From assembly GCA_963840855.1 (NCBI GenBank), contig CAWJBB010000078.1, positions 1-11,958 on the forward strand: 11,958 bases of DNA, written 5' to 3'. The notes below the pieces were generated by a model. That model worked only from the letters and a program-made list of their open reading frames with translations. It did no database searches and was not told where the DNA came from. The first letter of the stretch is position 1, and every line of letters begins with the position of its first letter. Below are positions 7,763 to 11,958 of the stretch, piece by piece. The DNA comes from an uncultured delta proteobacterium. Its GTDB lineage: Bacteria; Desulfobacterota; Binatia; UBA9968. Position numbers and translations under genes: made by a program.

Positions 7763-8443
7763 TCACGACTGGCTTTGCCACAAAGAAAACCCGTCCTGGG
7801 CCGCCGCGGAGGCCGAGGTGATCCACGGCGCTTGGGCCTTGCCGCCTTCAAGAATTCCCAAAAAGTAAACGCGCAGCATTTGTTCCATGAGCTGGGGCAA
7901 GGGCAGATCGCGCCGGGGCTGATACCATGTGTAAATCCAGTTCATCATCCCGAAGAGCGAGAACGTCGCGACCCGAAGGTCGATGGCCTGCCCGCCTTCC
8001 CGGTCTTGCAATTCGGCGATGAGGTCCATGATGACTTTCACGTAGCGCCGTTTGAGCACCAATATTTTTTCGTTGAACTCGCCTGTCAACGACTCATCTT
8101 CATGGGCCATCACTTTCATCTCGTGCATATTATGCAAAAAAAAGCTCAGATGGTTCTCCGCGAATACGCGAATGCGCGTGCGCGCGTCCTTTTCGGCGTT
8201 GGCCGCCCGTTCCCAGCGATCGAGCAACGTGACGAAGCAGCGCTCTTGGATCAGATAGAGCAGTTCTTCTTTGGTCGTGAAATAATAGTACAACCCCGCC
8301 AGGCTCATTTTGGCGGCACGCGAAATGTCGCGCACCGATGTGCGGTGAAACCCTTTCTTGGCGAATATCTTGGCCGAGGTTTTGAGGATTTGTTGCAGCT
8401 TTTCGTCGTACGGACGGGTTGCCGGTTCAGCGCGGGTCGACAT
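7763..8443 (-). CDS. TetR/AcrR family transcriptional regulator (KstR2-like C-terminus)
   Basis: HTH IFAKKGFHRTSVRDISRAAKMSLAGLYYYFTTKEELL; C-terminal LFGMMNWIYTWY. Likely start is ATG 8443. Confidence 0.88.
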   Translation of the reverse strand: MSTRAEPATRPYDEKLQQILKTSAKIFAKKGFHRTSVRDISRAAKMSLAGLYYYFTTKEELLYLIQERCFVTLLDRWERAANAEKDARTRIRVFAENHLSFFLHNMHEMKVMAHEDESLTGEFNEKILVLKRRYVKVIMDLIAELQDREGGQAIDLRVATFSLFGMMNWIYTWYQPRRDLPLPQLMEQMLRVYFLGILEGGKAQAPWITSASAAAQDGFSLWQSQS

Positions 8444-8532
8444 GGGTGAAACGATAGTTGCAAATCGACTCCTGGCTGTCAAACGACGCTGCTTCCTTGA
8501 GAGAGCTGCGTCGTGCTGAGCAAAGCGAAGGA

Positions 8533-9193
<661 letters not shown>

Positions 9194-9214
9194 AGTCCTC
9201 TCCGATCAGTCCTT

Positions 9215-9360
9215 TAAATGAGGCTCCTCGGAGCAAAGCTCCGAGGTATCTTGCGAAATTCTCCGAAGCCCTTCCACCCTCCTTCGCCAAGGCTACGGAG
9301 GGTTCTCCTCACCTTCATCCTCGCAGCAAGCTGCGAGGTATTCGGCGAAGGAGAATAAAT
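9215..9360. mobile_element. Short twin-hairpin element (PATE / IS200-IS605-end-like) bounded by TAAAT
   Basis: Perfect 9-bp hairpins CCTCGGAGC-AAA-GCTCCGAGG-TAT (9226-9249) and CCTCGCAGC-AA-GCTGCGAGG-TAT (9319-9341) in direct orientation. Central CCCTCC...GGAGGG stem (9277-9302). TAAAT at 9215-9219 and 9356-9360. Confidence 0.65.
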
Positions 9361-9394
9361 TAGACGCCAGCTGAAGCCGACCTGCGCGGCCATT

Positions 9395-10144
9395 TTAACC
9401 GGCAACCGGCACGACCCGCCACGCGACGACTTCGAGCCGGCGGGCAAAATGCGCTAGAGGCGGCACGGCCGGTAGGTTGATGCCGAGCGGCACAGTCATT
9501 GTGTTGACTCGCAATTCTACCTCTGCGGGCTGCAGAGGCCACGGCGAGTGATGAATCTCCGCGTAGCCCGCGCCGCTGGCGCGGTCTACTATATAAAAGC
9601 AATAGCGGTCGGTGAGCCAGCGGTCGATCGTTCCCGGAGCAGAACGGAAAACGTTTCCTGTCGGCTTGTAAAACGCGCTAAATTCCGCGCCGCTGCTTCT
9701 TTTATCGACCCGGATACTTTGATAGTGAATGCGCCCGCGCTCCGATTGTATATCGATTCGGGCATCGTAATAGGGCAGCCCATACCGCGCTCGAGCAGTT
9801 CTAACCGCAAGCCGATTTGTCGCGTCCAAGCTGAAGAACCAAACACCGCTTCTACCCGGAGACCACACATAGGTGCGAACGTTGATTTCCGAGAAAGCCA
9901 ATCCGACAAACGAAGGAAAATGTCGCGGCCGGACGCGGGTCATACGGAACGGAACGACGCCGATCCAAGCCGAGCCGTCGAAAGTGTCGAGCTCCAGGTC
10001 CGGTGGAATCAGTGGCCGAATCACCTCAGGACGGACCGGCCAATGGAGAAACAGTAGATCGTGCCAACGCATGGCCATCACCCACGGCTCCGACGGAAGC
10101 GGCCACGGCCGGTGGGAAGTTTTGCTTAATAGTTTTCTTTCCAC
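9395..10144 (-). CDS. DUF2071 (YqjF) family protein
   Basis: HRPWPLP, MRWHDLLFLHW, DTFDGSAWIGVVPF, EINVRTYV, GVWFFSLDA, WLTDRYC, EIHHSPWPLQ. Probable start is GTG 10144; start uncertain. Confidence 0.85.
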   Translation of the reverse strand: MERKLLSKTSHRPWPLPSEPWVMAMRWHDLLFLHWPVRPEVIRPLIPPDLELDTFDGSAWIGVVPFRMTRVRPRHFPSFVGLAFSEINVRTYVWSPGRSGVWFFSLDATNRLAVRTARARYGLPYYDARIDIQSERGRIHYQSIRVDKRSSGAEFSAFYKPTGNVFRSAPGTIDRWLTDRYCFYIVDRASGAGYAEIHHSPWPLQPAEVELRVNTMTVPLGINLPAVPPLAHFARRLEVVAWRVVPVAG

Positions 10145-10385
10145 TTGTTTGATTACCGATTCTGAGGTGCCGTCTGCTGCCAAGAGCAATGCGACGTTAT
10201 GATAACAGCTTACCAAAAAACCGGACGCCTTTGGAGCCCTCCATACCATGTAGTGATGCGAAGAAGTTCAGCTACGTGGGGGGAAATTTGCCGAAGGGCA
10301 CGGTGCAAAGCGTTCTACTCGCTGACCCCTTGCCCGCTGCGCTTTCCAAGTTCATATGCCGGGGCGAGACGGTTGAGCGCAATAA

Positions 10386-10538
10386 CAGGTTTTGTGAAAA
10401 CCCCGCTCATGGTTCCCTTCGACTTCGCTCAGGGCAGGCTAGCTCACCACGAGCAGGTTTGACACTAAGCAACTTCACGGACTTAGCCCTTCGTCCTGAG
10501 CCTCTCGAAGGATGAGCGGTGAGTTTTCACATAATCTG
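10386..10538. mobile_element. 153-bp MITE-like element with long terminal inverted repeats and internal REP-like units
   Basis: CAGGTTTTGTGAAAACCCCGCTCAT (10386-10410) vs reverse complement of 10512-10538 CAGATTATGTGAAAACTCACCGCTCAT. Contains REP copy 3 and a degenerate inverted copy at 10494-10512. Confidence 0.7.
10415..10436 (+). repeat. 22-nt REP-like unit, copy 3 (CCCTTCGACTTCGCTCAGGGCA)
   Basis: Matches copies 1 and 2 except for the central 3 nt. Confidence 0.85.
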
Positions 10539-10578
10539 ATGAAGCAGGTGGACCTTTTTCACTAAGCCTGATCATCGG

Positions 10579-10606
10579 TTGACATTGCCACGTATTATTG
10601 AATACT
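10579..10606 (+). promoter_or_regulatory. Putative sigma70 promoter of asnS
   Basis: Perfect TTGACA (10579-10584), 16 nt, AATACT (10601-10606), 7 nt, ATG 10614. Confidence 0.5.
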
Positions 10607-10613
10607 TGGCCCC

Positions 10614-11958
10614 ATGAACTCAAAGTATTTTTCTGTCAAGCAGGCTTACTCACTTCCTGTGGGAACCGAAATCACGTTGCGCGGCTGGGTCCGTTCAAGG
10701 CGTGACTCCAAGGGCATTACTTTCATCGAACTGAACGATGGCTCGCGTTTCAAGAGCATACAATTGGTGGTCGACGCCGGCGTGGTGCCTGATGAGACAC
10801 TGAAGCAAGTCACCACGGGCGGCAGCATCGCCGCCGGCGGAACCTTAGTCGAGTCACCCGCCAAGGGACAGGCCGTTGAATTGAAAGTTGCGACCCTGCA
10901 AATCTACGGCAGCGCCGACCCGGCGACTTACCCGCTGCAAAAGAAGGGACACACGCTGGAATTCCTGCGCGAGATTTCCCACCTGCGCGTGCGCAGCAAC
11001 ACCTTCGGCGCGGCCTTTCGCGTGCGCAACGCCCTCACCCACGCGATCCACACTTTTTTTCAAGAACGTGATTTCCTCTACGTGCAAACGCCGATCATCA
11101 CGACATCGGATTGCGAAGGCGCGGGGCAAATGTTCGGTGTCACGACGCTGAACCTGCACAACCCGCCGCGCACCGCCGATGGGAAGCTCGACTGGACACA
11201 GGATTTTTTTGGCAAGCCCGCCTATCTCACGGTCAGCGGCCAGCTCGAAGCCGAGATGTTCGCCCTAGCTTTCTCCAAGGTTTACACTTTTGGCCCAACG
11301 TTTCGCGCCGAAAACAGCAACACGCCGCGCCACCTGGCGGAGTTCTGGATGATCGAGCCGGAAATGGCTTTCTACGAGCTCGAGGACAACATGCGACTCG
11401 CCGAAGAATTTCTCAAATATACGATCCGCTACGTTCTCGATCATTGCCGCGAAGACCTGGAGTTCTTCAACCAGTTCATCGAGAAATCGATCCTCGCGAC
11501 GCTCGAGCATGTCGCCGGATCGAACTTCGGCCATATCACTTACTCCGACGCGGTCCAGGAATTGAAAAAATCCGGCAAGACTTGGGAGTTCCCGGTGGAA
11601 TGGGGCAGCGATTTGCAAACCGAACACGAGCGTTTTTGTCGGAGGAAGTTTTCAAGAAGCCGGTCATCGTGACCGACTATCCGAAGGATATCAAACCCTT
11701 TTACATGCGCGTCAACGACGACGGCAAGACGGTGCGGGCGATGGACGTGCTCGTGCCCCGGGTGGGCGAGATCATTGGCGGCAGCCAGCGCGAAGATCGC
11801 CAAGATATTCTTGTGCACAGGATGCGCGATGGCGGCCTGGACGATGAGCCCTACTGGTGGTACGTCGACCTGCGCCGCTATGGCTCGGTTCCCCACTCCG
11901 GTTTCGGCCTTGGCTTGGAACGCATGATGATGTATCTAACCGGCCTCAAAAACATTCG
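10614..11958 (+). CDS. asnS: Asparagine--tRNA ligase; one T missing at 11633-11637; 3' end beyond window
   Basis: [61 protein letters not shown]. Adding one T continues [26 protein letters not shown]...[10 protein letters not shown]...[22 protein letters not shown] (class II motif 3). Confidence 0.95.

Overview
GC-rich bacterial chromosomal segment carrying mostly housekeeping and metabolic genes. In order: a LigJ-like amidohydrolase (-) divergent from an HpcH/HpaI-family aldolase (+); a small toxin-antitoxin islet on the minus strand (DUF104/AF2212-like antitoxin, C-terminally truncated PemK/MazF toxin, and a DUF2442 gene missed by the ORF track because it starts at CTG); a DUF885 protein and nfo (+); a minus-strand run of DUF2071/YqjF, Tat-signal msrB, a TetR regulator, a 2-Cys peroxiredoxin and a VIT1/CCC1 transporter; and asnS (+, runs off the end). 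Three genes carry single-base frameshifts and there is a 96-nt poly-A run, which together suggest an unpolished assembly rather than biology. The most notable real structure is intergenic. Many spacers hold short non-autonomous palindromic elements (MITE-, REPIN- or PATE-like), and a 22-nt REP-like unit, CCCTTCGAC-NNN-GCTCAGGGCA, occurs three times, each time nested inside another element. Three genes show a -10-like hexamer exactly 7 nt before an ATG with no Shine-Dalgarno, suggesting leaderless mRNAs. I find no convincing evidence of a wholly new protein-coding system. All family calls are from motif recognition; no searches were run.
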